Shown here: piece by piece, positions 44,130-53,374 of the stretch | How positions within the stretch are numbered: position 1 is the stretch's first letter | Layout: every line of letters begins with the position of its first letter | Assembly: GCA_034002925.1 (NCBI GenBank) | Contig: JAVEZP010000002.1 | Location: 16,655 to 80,654 of the forward strand | DNA: 64,000 nucleotides | From: Patescibacteria group bacterium | GTDB lineage: Bacteria > Patescibacteriota > Patescibacteriia > Patescibacteriales > UBA12465 | Reading direction: 5' to 3' | The notes under the pieces: model-generated | What the model saw: the letters and a program-made list of their open reading frames with translations, nothing else | What the model was told of the DNA's origin: nothing | Database searches by the model: none | Position numbers and translations under genes: made by a program

Positions 44130-44471
44130 ATGAAAAAAGATATCCATCCTAAATATTATAATGACTGTCAAGTCAGCTGTGTTTGCGGCCATACTTTTAC
44201 TACTGGCGCTACCGTGCCAGAAATTAAAGTTGAGCTTTGTTCACAATGCCACCCTTTCTATACTGGTAAGCAAAAATTAGTTGATACTGCTCGTCGAGTA
44301 GAGAAATTCACTGCTAAAGTAGCTGCTAAAGAAAAAGTTTCTTCTGAAAAGAAAGGTAAAAAAGTTAAGAAAGCAGCTCGAGCAGAAGTTAAAGCTAAGA
44401 AAGAAGTGGTAGTTAAAACTAAAGATATTAAAAAGATTGCTCAAGTAACTCTAGCTAGTAAGAAAAAGTAA
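44130..44471 (+). CDS. rpmE: 50S ribosomal protein L31 (Zn-ribbon type) with a Lys-rich C-terminal extension
   Basis: Contains [28 protein letters not shown], then a tail of about 45 aa rich in K/A/E. Confidence 0.9.
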   Translation: MKKDIHPKYYNDCQVSCVCGHTFTTGATVPEIKVELCSQCHPFYTGKQKLVDTARRVEKFTAKVAAKEKVSSEKKGKKVKKAARAEVKAKKEVVVKTKDIKKIAQVTLASKKK

Positions 44472-44487
44472 CTACGCTACTATTGTG

Positions 44488-44555
44488 ATAATCAGCTGTC
44501 GGTGTCTGAATCTTTTAAAGATTCAAAAACCATGATACAGCTGATTATTTTTTTA
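44488..44555 (+). terminator. Nested-hairpin intrinsic terminator after rpmE
   Basis: The outer perfect 12-bp stem ataatcagctgt/acagctgattat encloses the hairpin tgaatctt..agattca, then TTTTTTT. It ends 5 nt before the prfA ATG. Confidence 0.75.
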
Positions 44556-44560
44556 TCATT

Positions 44561-45598
44561 ATGTACGAGGAAATAAAAGCTCAATTTCAAGCTCTAGAAA
44601 AACGACTCAGTGATCCTGACTTAAGTAAAGATAATCAGGAAATGATTAAAGTTGCCCGCGAGCATTCTAATTTACGTGAATTAATTCAATTAATCAATCA
44701 AGAAGAAAAACTCGAGCAAGAAATTAAAGAAGGACAGGAATTAGCTAATACTAGCTCTGACCAAGAAATGAAAGACTTGGCTATTTTAGAAGTGCAAAGT
44801 TTAGAACAAGAGCTCGGTCTTTTAAAAGAAAAAATAGAAGAATTACGTCACCCTCAAGGCCCTAATGATCATAAAAGAGCTATTATTGAAATTAGAGCCG
44901 GAGCTGGTGGTGATGAAGCCGCCTTATTTGCTGGTGACTTATTTAAAATGTATGTTCGTTTTTGTGAACGTCAAAACTGGAAAACAGAGCTTTTAGAATC
45001 AAGCGTTATTGGTATTGGCGGTTTTAAAGAGGTTATTTTTTTAGTTAAAGGTGAAGGCGCTTTCGGTCTATTAAAATATGAAGCCGGTACTCACCGTGTC
45101 CAAAGAGTACCAGAAACCGAAAAACAAGGTCGCGTACACACTTCTACCGCTACCGTGGTTGTCTTACCCGAAGCCGAAGAAGTTGACGTGGAAATTAAAG
45201 CTAGTGATATTAGAATTGATACTTTTTGTTCTAGTGGGCCAGGCGGACAAAGTGTTAATACCACCTATTCCGCTATTCGTATTTTACATATTCCTACCGG
45301 TCTCATTGTTAGCTGCCAAGATCAAAAATCACAACATCAAAACAAAGAAAAAGCTCTACAAGTGCTACGTTCTCGTCTCTTGGCTAAAGAAGAAGAAGAA
45401 AGAATGGCCGCGGAATCACATGCCCGTAAAAATCAAGTGGGTACCGGTGACCGCAGTGACAAAATTAAAACCTATAACTTCCCTCAAGATCGCTTAAGTG
45501 ATCACCGTCTTGGTAAAAATTGGCATAATTTAAGCAATATCATGGATGGAGATCTAGAAGAAATTATTAAAAGTGCTAAAAAAGAACTGAGCTCTTAA
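44561..45598 (+). CDS. prfA: Peptide chain release factor 1
   Basis: Contains GGQ (SSGPGGQSVNTT) and the RF1-type tripeptide region RVQRVPETEKQGRVHTS. Confidence 0.93.
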   Translation: MYEEIKAQFQALEKRLSDPDLSKDNQEMIKVAREHSNLRELIQLINQEEKLEQEIKEGQELANTSSDQEMKDLAILEVQSLEQELGLLKEKIEELRHPQGPNDHKRAIIEIRAGAGGDEAALFAGDLFKMYVRFCERQNWKTELLESSVIGIGGFKEVIFLVKGEGAFGLLKYEAGTHRVQRVPETEKQGRVHTSTATVVVLPEAEEVDVEIKASDIRIDTFCSSGPGGQSVNTTYSAIRILHIPTGLIVSCQDQKSQHQNKEKALQVLRSRLLAKEEEERMAAESHARKNQVGTGDRSDKIKTYNFPQDRLSDHRLGKNWHNLSNIMDGDLEEIIKSAKKELSS

Positions 45599-45603
45599 GC
45601 GTT

Positions 45604-46476
45604 ATGTCTAATTTAAAAACATTATTAACTCCACTTTCTGCTCACGAGCAGGCAATCGCTCTTTGCCTGCTTTCTTTTTATCTGAAACAAGATCAAAGTA
45701 CTTTACTAGCCCATTTAAATGAGATTAATCTTAGCAAAGCTTTATTAAAACGCTTTCAAAAAGATTATACGGCTTGGAAAAATGGATATGCCTTAGCTTA
45801 TCTCACTCAAGAAAAATATTTTTATGGAAGAGCTTTCTATGTCAATCCATCCGTCTTAATTCCCCGCCCAGAAAGTGAGCTCATAGTGGACATCGCTTTC
45901 AATTATTTAAAAAATAAAAAAACTAAATATCAAATTATAGATGTGGGCACTGGCTCAGGCGCTTTAATTATCAGTTTAGCTTTATCTTTAAAAGAAACAG
46001 TCAATCAGTTGTTCAAAAAAGTTCAGTTTTTAGCTGTAGATATTTCAAAAAAAGCTTTAAAAGTAGCTCAAATTAATGCTAAAACTTACAATCTTAAGCA
46101 AAGTATTGTTTTTCAAGAAAGTAATTTATTAAAAGGAGTAAGCAAAAAATTATTAGAAAAAAACGATCCTCTTTTAATCTTGGCTAATCTACCCTATCTC
46201 ACTCCAACTGAAAGAAATAGTGAACAAAGCATCGCCTGTGAACCAAGCAAAGCTTTAATCGGAGGCTCAGATGGATTAGTTTTATATCGTCGCCTACTTA
46301 AACAATTAATACCTATATTAAAAAATAGAAGCAGTTATCTGATTATCATGGAAATAAATCCCCATCAAGCCTCTGATTTAGTTCAATATGCCAGTCGCTA
46401 TTTTCCCACTAAGCAGATATCTAAAAAGTCCGACTTAAGTAGCCGGACTCGTTTCGTGATAATAGAAAAAAAATAA
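45604..46476 (+). CDS. prmC: Release-factor glutamine N5-methyltransferase PrmC/HemK
   Basis: SAM motif IIDVGTGSGAL. The catalytic tetrapeptide reads NLPY instead of the canonical NPPY. Adjacent to prfA. Confidence 0.85.
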   Translation: MSNLKTLLTPLSAHEQAIALCLLSFYLKQDQSTLLAHLNEINLSKALLKRFQKDYTAWKNGYALAYLTQEKYFYGRAFYVNPSVLIPRPESELIVDIAFNYLKNKKTKYQIIDVGTGSGALIISLALSLKETVNQLFKKVQFLAVDISKKALKVAQINAKTYNLKQSIVFQESNLLKGVSKKLLEKNDPLLILANLPYLTPTERNSEQSIACEPSKALIGGSDGLVLYRRLLKQLIPILKNRSSYLIIMEINPHQASDLVQYASRYFPTKQISKKSDLSSRTRFVIIEKK

Positions 46477-46480
46477 AAAA

Positions 46481-47566
46481 TTAATACTCTACCTTTGTCA
46501 TGCTATCGGCTAACTCTATCCAAGTAATACCCGGATTAAATCTAAACTCTTCACCATTGTCATAATAATAGCGGGTACGACTAGCAGCGGCTTTGCGCCA
46601 AGTACCAAGTTCACAATGCGCATCAACGCACAATAGCGCTGAACCACTGCCTATCAAATCAATTTCCAATCTACCCAATTCATCAATCACCGTACTATCA
46701 ACATATTGTACTATTATATTTTTTGCTCTAATTTGACCAAAATTATCATTAGCCTCCCGGCCATTAAAAAAACGAAGATAAGTGTTGCTTTCTGGCTCAT
46801 AGCGCCACAAAGCTTGAAAATTAGCACTAAAACGGATATTAATATCAGCGCCAATTTCAGGATTAGGCGCTTCTTCTTTAAATAGCCAAGCTTCAGCTGC
46901 TCTTTCATTTAAGCCTCGATTATCTAAATAGGATTGCCATTTTTCTGAATTAGTAAAAATATGGTGAGGAGCAATAAAATTATTATCTCGCCAAAAATAT
47001 TTTTCATAATAGAATTCATTTAAATCATAAAGCCCGGCTGTTTTCAACTTTTCTAAGGACTCAGGACTACCGCCAACGTGTAAATACAAGGCTTTAAGTT
47101 CAGAGGCTAAATCAACAAAGTAAGGACGAGCACTACGCACTGGCCCCACTTGATCTAATATTTGATCAGCAGGATAAATAGCTAAATAACGAGTCATTCC
47201 TCCTTCTACTGGAACTTCATAAACCAAAGAAGCTTGTGATAAAGCTAATTGAGGACGAGCCGCTGGATCATTGTCAATCATAATTGCTACCGGAAAAACC
47301 TCAGCATTAGACTCAACTAAGACACCGTCTAACCAACGTGCTTTACAATCAGGACAAGTTAGATCAGTTGTCTCGACTGGTAAATCTATAACTATTTCCT
47401 CTGAGCTTTGTTCTAATGTTTTTTTATTTAAAAAATATAAAAATTGCCACTCAGGACCAAATACAATATAGTACAAACCTAGGCCAGAAATTAGAAAAAT
47501 AAAAAGAGAGGCGATTAAAACCGCTCTTCCCTTTTTAGATAATTTCCCAACAAGCTTATCCCCCAT
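46481..47566 (-). CDS. DUF3048 domain-containing protein
   Basis: Contains PVAIMIDNDPAARPQLALSQASLVYEVPVEGGMTRYLAIY, typical of DUF3048, with an N-terminal TM anchor. Confidence 0.8.
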   Translation of the reverse strand: MGDKLVGKLSKKGRAVLIASLFIFLISGLGLYYIVFGPEWQFLYFLNKKTLEQSSEEIVIDLPVETTDLTCPDCKARWLDGVLVESNAEVFPVAIMIDNDPAARPQLALSQASLVYEVPVEGGMTRYLAIYPADQILDQVGPVRSARPYFVDLASELKALYLHVGGSPESLEKLKTAGLYDLNEFYYEKYFWRDNNFIAPHHIFTNSEKWQSYLDNRGLNERAAEAWLFKEEAPNPEIGADINIRFSANFQALWRYEPESNTYLRFFNGREANDNFGQIRAKNIIVQYVDSTVIDELGRLEIDLIGSGSALLCVDAHCELGTWRKAAASRTRYYYDNGEEFRFNPGITWIELADSMTKVEY

Positions 47567-47579
47567 AGCTCTTGTCTAA

Positions 47580-48206
47580 TTATTTATTTTCTTCAGCCTT
47601 TTCTTCAGCTTTAGCTTCTTCTTTCTTCTCTTCAGTTTCAACATTTTCAGTAACTACCTTTTCCTCAACCTTCTTTGGTTCTTCAGCTACACAAATAATC
47701 TCGTGTGATTCTTGCATAATTTGAATACCTTTAGGCACAGTAATATCTTCAATTCTAATGACATCACCTAAAGCCTCTAAAGAAGAAATATCAACTTCAA
47801 TATGATCAACTAAATCACCTGGTAAACACTCTACAGATAATTCACCAATATTGGTGATAAAAATACCACCTAACTCTTTAATAGCTTTAGATTCTCCGAT
47901 AAATTCTAATGGAATCTCCGCTTTCACTTTTTCTTTCATGTTTACCTTATAAAGATCTACATGAATATAATTATGCTTAAGCACATCTTTCTGCAAATCT
48001 TTTACTAAAATTGGAAATTCTTCTCCTTTTAAATTTAAACTAATTAAGTTAGACTCACCAGCTTCAGCAAATAATTTGTCAAATTCATTATAATTCAATT
48101 TCAATGACAAACTTTCTTGACCGCGACCATAAAGTACAGCCGCTAATTGATTAGGGGCTAATTTTTCATTTTTTTCCCTAATTTCAGCATTTAATTTTAA
48201 TTCCAT
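47580..48206 (-). CDS. rplY: 50S ribosomal protein L25 / general stress protein Ctc
   Basis: 208 aa containing ..LAAVLYGRGQESLSLKLNYNEFDKLF.. and an acidic/Lys-rich tail. Confidence 0.88.
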   Translation of the reverse strand: MELKLNAEIREKNEKLAPNQLAAVLYGRGQESLSLKLNYNEFDKLFAEAGESNLISLNLKGEEFPILVKDLQKDVLKHNYIHVDLYKVNMKEKVKAEIPLEFIGESKAIKELGGIFITNIGELSVECLPGDLVDHIEVDISSLEALGDVIRIEDITVPKGIQIMQESHEIICVAEEPKKVEEKVVTENVETEEKKEEAKAEEKAEENK

Positions 48207-48253
48207 ATAAACTTGATCAGTGCCTGCGTCCAGTAAATATCTGCCGGAGGCGA

Positions 48254-49360
48254 CTAATAATTAATTTTTGATTTAATAATAATATTTTCAATAATACCGG
48301 TTAAAATAAACAAAGAAATGATGGCACTGCCACCATAACTCACAAAAGGCAGTGAAATGCCAACAACAGGCACAATACCAATGTTCATACCAATATTAAT
48401 AAACATTTGAATAAAAATCAAGCCCATTGCCCCTAAAATAAAATAAATACTAAAATCATTAGGCAGACGCTTAATAGCTACAATGCAACGACTAAAAAAT
48501 AAAGCAAAAAAGAGTAGCAGTAAACTGGAACCAAGAAAACCCAATTCTTCGGCAATCACCGCAAAAATAAAGTCAGTTTGCGCTTCTGGCAAAAACTTTA
48601 ATTGAGACTGAGAACCAAAGCCTACACCTTTGCCATATAAACTACCTGAGCCAACCGCAATAATGGCCTGAGAGACATTATAGCCCTCAGCTAAAGCATT
48701 CTCACCGGGATTCAGAAAAGTTAAAATTCTTTGTTTTTGATATTCCTGAAAGAAAAAAGACCAGGCTAAAATAGATAACAATAAGAAAATACTAAGCACC
48801 GAAAAAAGATATTTTTTAGGAAAATCAACTACTACCACTAACACCAACCAAATAGAACCAAGCATTAAAGCTGAACCAAAATCAGGCTGTAATAACACTA
48901 AAAACATTAACACAACCGTTAAAAAGGCCGAAGTGATAAAATGAGATAAAGATTTAATTTTAGTCGCTAAATCAGCAAAATAAGAGGCTAAGAAAATTAA
49001 TAGTAAAATCTTCACAATCTCAACTGGCTGCACTCCAAAACCAGCTACATCAAACCAAGCCCGAGAACCTCTAATTGAAGAACCGACTAATAAAACAGCC
49101 GTTAGAATAAAAATAGCAAAAAAATAAAGATAACGACTGATACTTTTTAGAAAACGATAATCAATGAAAGTAAACACAAATAAAGCCAGTAGACCAATTC
49201 CGACAAAAACTAATTGTTTATAAAAATTTAAAAGATTTTCTCCGCCCTGACCTAAAGCCACGCTATAAATTTCAGTTAAACCAAAACTAGCCAATAAGAC
49301 AACAGCCGCTAAAAGCGGCCAGTCAAAAGCCTGAAGATATAGTTTGATTTTAGAACGCAT
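48254..49360 (-). CDS. SEDS-family peptidoglycan glycosyltransferase (FtsW/RodA)
   Basis: 368 aa with 10 TM helices, containing ..QPDFGSALM.. and ..DFIFAVIAEELGF... Confidence 0.88.
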   Translation of the reverse strand: MRSKIKLYLQAFDWPLLAAVVLLASFGLTEIYSVALGQGGENLLNFYKQLVFVGIGLLALFVFTFIDYRFLKSISRYLYFFAIFILTAVLLVGSSIRGSRAWFDVAGFGVQPVEIVKILLLIFLASYFADLATKIKSLSHFITSAFLTVVLMFLVLLQPDFGSALMLGSIWLVLVVVVDFPKKYLFSVLSIFLLLSILAWSFFFQEYQKQRILTFLNPGENALAEGYNVSQAIIAVGSGSLYGKGVGFGSQSQLKFLPEAQTDFIFAVIAEELGFLGSSLLLLFFALFFSRCIVAIKRLPNDFSIYFILGAMGLIFIQMFINIGMNIGIVPVVGISLPFVSYGGSAIISLFILTGIIENIIIKSKINY

Positions 49361-49366
49361 AATGTT

Positions 49367-50260
49367 TTAACTACGATAAGGCAAATAAATACTTTCATCT
49401 AAAATATTAACATCAGGAATAATTTCTACCTTATTAGCCCTCTCTCCTCCTGCCGGCCAGCTTAATTGCACCTTTCTATTTTCAAAAGAGAGAAAAGTAT
49501 CTAAATTATATAAATTAACACCAGTAATAACAGAATTGTTAGATAAAATAATATTTAAAGGCAAACGCTTTAAATTATATGCCGTCTTGTTTTCAATATT
49601 AAAAGATAAGCTATGCAAGGGTGTGCGTGCGCTGTAATCTGGGGCTTGATATTCTATATTAGTAATTTCAAAATTCAAACGCTCCCTAAGATAAGTTGAC
49701 CAATCAGGTACTTTGCGCACATTCAGTCTTTGCCAAAAAATATTAATAGTTTGGAATTCTAAATTATTGGCCTGATTAACATTCTGTGCTGGTAAAATTA
49801 AAAACTTTTTAGAGTCTGGCAATACAAAACTACTACCACAAGTTAAATTTTCTCCTTGCGTATTCTCTAAACAATATTCAAAAGTGCCATAATAATTGCT
49901 ATTAGGATTTTTCAGTTCAATTAAAAAATCAAAATTACCACTAACACCAAAAGACTTAAGAATTTTAGCGTCCATAACTTGAGGAGCTGTTGCTTCACGA
50001 TAAGCTTGAGTATCAAATAAATTAGCAGTAATAGTAGCCGCTAAGTCTCTATCCGCTTGGCGACCATAGAGAAAATACATAACATAACTATAACTTGAAT
50101 AAGTAAAAGTAGATGCAGCTACAATAATTAAAAAAATAATAAACACCCTTAACAATCGGCGACGATTAAGAGCTAACCACAAGCCAATGTTCATCTGTTT
50201 TAAGCTTAAGTGCTCACCATTTTCATACTTGCTTAAATCAATCTTTTCTTTCTTTTTCAT
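49367..50260 (-). CDS. Membrane-anchored hypothetical protein
   Basis: 297 aa with one TM helix after a basic N-terminus. No family recognised. Confidence 0.6.
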   Translation of the reverse strand: MKKKEKIDLSKYENGEHLSLKQMNIGLWLALNRRRLLRVFIIFLIIVAASTFTYSSYSYVMYFLYGRQADRDLAATITANLFDTQAYREATAPQVMDAKILKSFGVSGNFDFLIELKNPNSNYYGTFEYCLENTQGENLTCGSSFVLPDSKKFLILPAQNVNQANNLEFQTINIFWQRLNVRKVPDWSTYLRERLNFEITNIEYQAPDYSARTPLHSLSFNIENKTAYNLKRLPLNIILSNNSVITGVNLYNLDTFLSFENRKVQLSWPAGGERANKVEIIPDVNILDESIYLPYRS

Positions 50261-50324
50261 AAATATGATATAATTATAATATTCTAGATTATATCATAAT
50301 TACATATATTTAAAAAGAAAAAAT

Positions 50325-51296
50325 ATGGCTTCAATTCAAGTGCCTTTAAGCGTTCCAAAAAATAAGAAAAGCGAATATGAACGTAACTTCAAATTAGCAA
50401 CCGCTGGCAGTGGTAAACTCCTGCTGTTTGCTGGTGATCAAAAAGTAGAACATTTAAATGATGATTTTTTTGGCCCCAACATTAATCCCGCTGACGCCTC
50501 CCCTGAGCACTTATTTCAAATAGCTAAAAATATTCCTGGGGCTGTTTTAGCCACTCACATCGGCCTCCTGGACCGCTACGGAGCTCACTACAAACAACTA
50601 CCATTCATTCTAAAATTAAATGGCAAGACCGATATTAATAAAAATAAAAATGAAGCCATTAGCACTTCTTGGCTCAGCATGGAACAAGTACTGCGTTTTA
50701 AGGAACAAAGTGGTCTCAAAATTGTTGGTCTTGGTTATACTATTTATTTAGGCAGTGAATTGGAAGCACAAATGCTAAAAGAAGCAGCTCATTTTATCTA
50801 TGAAGCTCATCAGGCAGGCATGTTAGCTATTATTTGGATGTATCCTCGTCATAGTAAGATTAAGAACGAAGATGATGTTCATCTCATTGCCGGTGGAGCT
50901 GGTGTGGCCGCCTCCTTGGGAGCAGATTTTGTTAAAGTTAAATATCCATATAACTCTGCCACTAATGATAAAAAGGCCACTGAATTTCAAGAAGTTATTC
51001 AAGCTGCTGGTAAAACTAGAGTCATTTGTGTGGGTGGTAGTAAGCAAAAAGCTGAAAATCTATTAACTCACCTAGCTCGTCAACTTAAAAACGGTTCAGC
51101 CGGTCTCGCTATGGGTCGTAATCTTCATCAGCGCTCTCTCAGGGAAGCTACTCTACTTGGTCAATCCCTTAGTGCCATGATTCATCATAATATCACTAAA
51201 ACAGCAGCTCTAGATATTCTTAAAGGTAAAGATACAAAGAAGAAAAAAAAGAAACAAGTCAGTAAAAATAAAAGTAAGATTTTAGGTTTGTTTTAA
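50325..51296 (+). CDS. Class I fructose-bisphosphate aldolase, DhnA/FbaB family
   Basis: Blocks match recalled E. coli FbaB: LFAGDQKVEH, LPFILKLN, GYTIYLGSE, GADFVKVKYP (Schiff-base Lys region) and GLAMGRN. It has a poly-Lys C-terminal tail. Confidence 0.8.
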   Translation: MASIQVPLSVPKNKKSEYERNFKLATAGSGKLLLFAGDQKVEHLNDDFFGPNINPADASPEHLFQIAKNIPGAVLATHIGLLDRYGAHYKQLPFILKLNGKTDINKNKNEAISTSWLSMEQVLRFKEQSGLKIVGLGYTIYLGSELEAQMLKEAAHFIYEAHQAGMLAIIWMYPRHSKIKNEDDVHLIAGGAGVAASLGADFVKVKYPYNSATNDKKATEFQEVIQAAGKTRVICVGGSKQKAENLLTHLARQLKNGSAGLAMGRNLHQRSLREATLLGQSLSAMIHHNITKTAALDILKGKDTKKKKKKQVSKNKSKILGLF

Positions 51297-51313
51297 AAAT
51301 TCTCTTCATCCTA

Positions 51314-51342
51314 TTGACAAAAAGTATATCTTATGATATAAT
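51314..51342 (+). promoter_or_regulatory. Perfect-consensus sigma70 promoter
   Basis: TTGACA (51314-19), a 17-nt spacer, then TATAAT (51337-42). Confidence 0.7.
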
Positions 51343-51372
51343 TTTTGGTTATATAGTTCATTCACAAAGGAC

Positions 51373-51427
51373 AATTAGATTAATTATTAAGTTTATTAAC
51401 ATAGTAGATTTAATAATTAATCTAATT
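51373..51427 (+). promoter_or_regulatory. Perfect 18-bp inverted repeat in the leader (RNA hairpin or operator)
   Basis: AATTAGATTAATTATTAA (51373-90) and TTAATAATTAATCTAATT (51410-27) with a 19-nt loop, lying between the promoter and the small ORF. Confidence 0.6.
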
Positions 51428-51448
51428 AATCACTCCAAAAAAATATAA

Positions 51449-51598
51449 ATGAAAATAAAAATCAAAGAAGGAATGGTAACTATGACAATGGCCAGAAAAA
51501 ACAAACCAATGGCCATTGTTTTGTCCATATTTTTTGTAGCCACAGTCTTTATGGCTGGTGGCTATATTGGGCACATAATAGCCCAATCAATGTTTTAA
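51449..51598 (+). CDS. Small hydrophobic membrane peptide (49 aa, or 38 aa from ATG 51482), not in the ORF track
   Basis: Translation: MKIKIKEGMVTMTMARKNKPMAIVLSIFFVATVFMAGGYIGHIIAQSMF*. GAAGGA lies about 10 nt upstream of ATG 51482. A terminator follows. Confidence 0.55.
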   Translation: MKIKIKEGMVTMTMARKNKPMAIVLSIFFVATVFMAGGYIGHIIAQSMF

Positions 51599-51606
51599 TT
51601 TCACTG

Positions 51607-51642
51607 CCCCATTGCTATAAGATAATAGTTATGGGGTTTTTT
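51607..51642 (+). terminator. Intrinsic terminator of the small-peptide gene
   Basis: Stem ccccat..atgggg with an inner ctat/atag extension, then TTTTTT. Confidence 0.75.
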
Positions 51643-51756
51643 ATTTCAATCGTTCAATCTAAAAAAGCCTCTTTGCAGAAAGGCTTTTTATATAATATTT
51701 TTAAAAACGTCTTTTTTTGTCTGTATAAACTATTGTTTAATTTTATATCATTATAT

Positions 51757-53253
51757 TTAATTAACTACATCTACTTTAATGCGATCAGGTAAAATAGGGG
51801 CGCTTTGAATAAAAGCAGGAAAAAACTCTAAACGATATGAATCTATTTCCGGAAAAGAACGTAGATATTCAGAAATTTGTTCCTTATTTAAACCAACCAA
51901 TTGTCTTCTATCAACTAAATCAGCATCTGTTCGTAAAGACATATTAGCTTTAAAAGCAGCGCTCACACTTACGCTTTCAGTTTCCCGATCATAGGCATCT
52001 AAACGATACACAATATTATTAGGATCAAAACCAGTTAAACGTTTATCATCTGGCAATAAGAAAGACAATTTAGCTTTAATTAAAGCCTCAGCTTGTTCTT
52101 TGGGAAAAAGAGCAACTACTAATTCATTGCTAGCAGAGACATTAAAACTATCTATTTCTTCTCCTAATTTAACACCTAATTCAATTTTAATACGATCATT
52201 ATCTAATAAATAGGCCAAGGCTTGATTAGGTTCAGCTAAGGCAGCAATTTCCGCTTCTGCTTTTTTGCTTAATTGATTTTTAATATCAATCATCGCTTGG
52301 TCTAAATCGCTCTGTCTAACATAACGTTTAATCTGATGACGATATTCAAAATTCTTTTCACTAGTGGCATAAATTCTGTCTTGCAAACCTAACCACAAAC
52401 CAGGGATACTAAAGCGACTGGGGCCAATTGCCATTTCTTGACCTGGTTGATCAGCATAAACTTCGACCGTAAGAGTAGAATTAGCCGGAATATTAACCGA
52501 CTCTTTCAAACGATATAATTTATTATCTTCACTTAAGAGACGAGTATTAACCACTAAAGGCTGAGCTCGACTATATTCATTATGTAGAGTTACTTCCCCA
52601 ACTACTTCTTCTCCTAAAATTTCTTCTCCACTCGCTTCATAATTTTTTTCAATATTTAAATCAATAAATTTAACTTCACCTTGTAAATTACGAGAACTAG
52701 CAGCGATTACACTATCTACTTGAGTATCTTCAGCGGATACCCGAAAAGAAAGAGTGTCAGCCACGCTTTCAAAATTAGGTTGAATAGATATTTTTAAACT
52801 AGGGAGTAAAAAATAAGCGGCCGCTACTAAGAGCAATAAAGTTAAAAGACCTGATTGTAAAGCCATGCGTCGATATAATTTTAATGATTTGCGCGGTGAC
52901 TTGAGTGCAGTTTCAGTCGCAAAATTTACGCCCCCTCCTTCAATCTTATTACTCTCTTTTCTTTCTTTAATCTCAGTGACCAAATCAGAAAAAAACTTTT
53001 TTTGTACATCTATGTTATCACTATCTTGCAACTCATCTTCTAAAAAAGAGTTCTGTTCTTGTAATAAGACGTCTTCATTGTCAGTAATAACGTCAATCGT
53101 AATAGCCTGAGTAGCTGAGCTCTGTTCTTTATCTTTTTTAACACTAGCTTTTGGAGCACGAGTTTTTTTAATGGCAGTAGAACGAGTTTTACGCACTACC
53201 TTCCTCTTTTTAGGAGTTTCATTTTTCTCCTCTTCTTTTTTTATTTTAGGCAT
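51757..53253 (-). CDS. Hypothetical protein with a Lys-rich N-terminus and one TM helix
   Basis: ATG 53253 is preceded by GGAGGA. The track start at 53274 is a TTG. About 498 aa. No family recognised. Confidence 0.65.
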   Translation of the reverse strand: MPKIKKEEEKNETPKKRKVVRKTRSTAIKKTRAPKASVKKDKEQSSATQAITIDVITDNEDVLLQEQNSFLEDELQDSDNIDVQKKFFSDLVTEIKERKESNKIEGGGVNFATETALKSPRKSLKLYRRMALQSGLLTLLLLVAAAYFLLPSLKISIQPNFESVADTLSFRVSAEDTQVDSVIAASSRNLQGEVKFIDLNIEKNYEASGEEILGEEVVGEVTLHNEYSRAQPLVVNTRLLSEDNKLYRLKESVNIPANSTLTVEVYADQPGQEMAIGPSRFSIPGLWLGLQDRIYATSEKNFEYRHQIKRYVRQSDLDQAMIDIKNQLSKKAEAEIAALAEPNQALAYLLDNDRIKIELGVKLGEEIDSFNVSASNELVVALFPKEQAEALIKAKLSFLLPDDKRLTGFDPNNIVYRLDAYDRETESVSVSAAFKANMSLRTDADLVDRRQLVGLNKEQISEYLRSFPEIDSYRLEFFPAFIQSAPILPDRIKVDVVN

Positions 53254-53374
53254 AAGCTTGTTTCCTCCGGACAAGCCGGACGCATACTAATGAAGAATAA
53301 CATCATCACCGGCAGTGATGATTTTTTTGATGTTTCTATTATAACAAATTTTAGGCATCCTCACAATAAATTTT

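Noticed and set aside
45078-45497. 139-aa alternative-frame ORF inside prfA on the same strand, considered as a possible programmed frameshift
   Set aside because: Programmed +1 frameshifting is a feature of prfB (RF2), not RF1. The RF1 frame is continuous and complete, with GGQ and the PxT-type region present. The alternative frame is Lys/Leu-rich noise.
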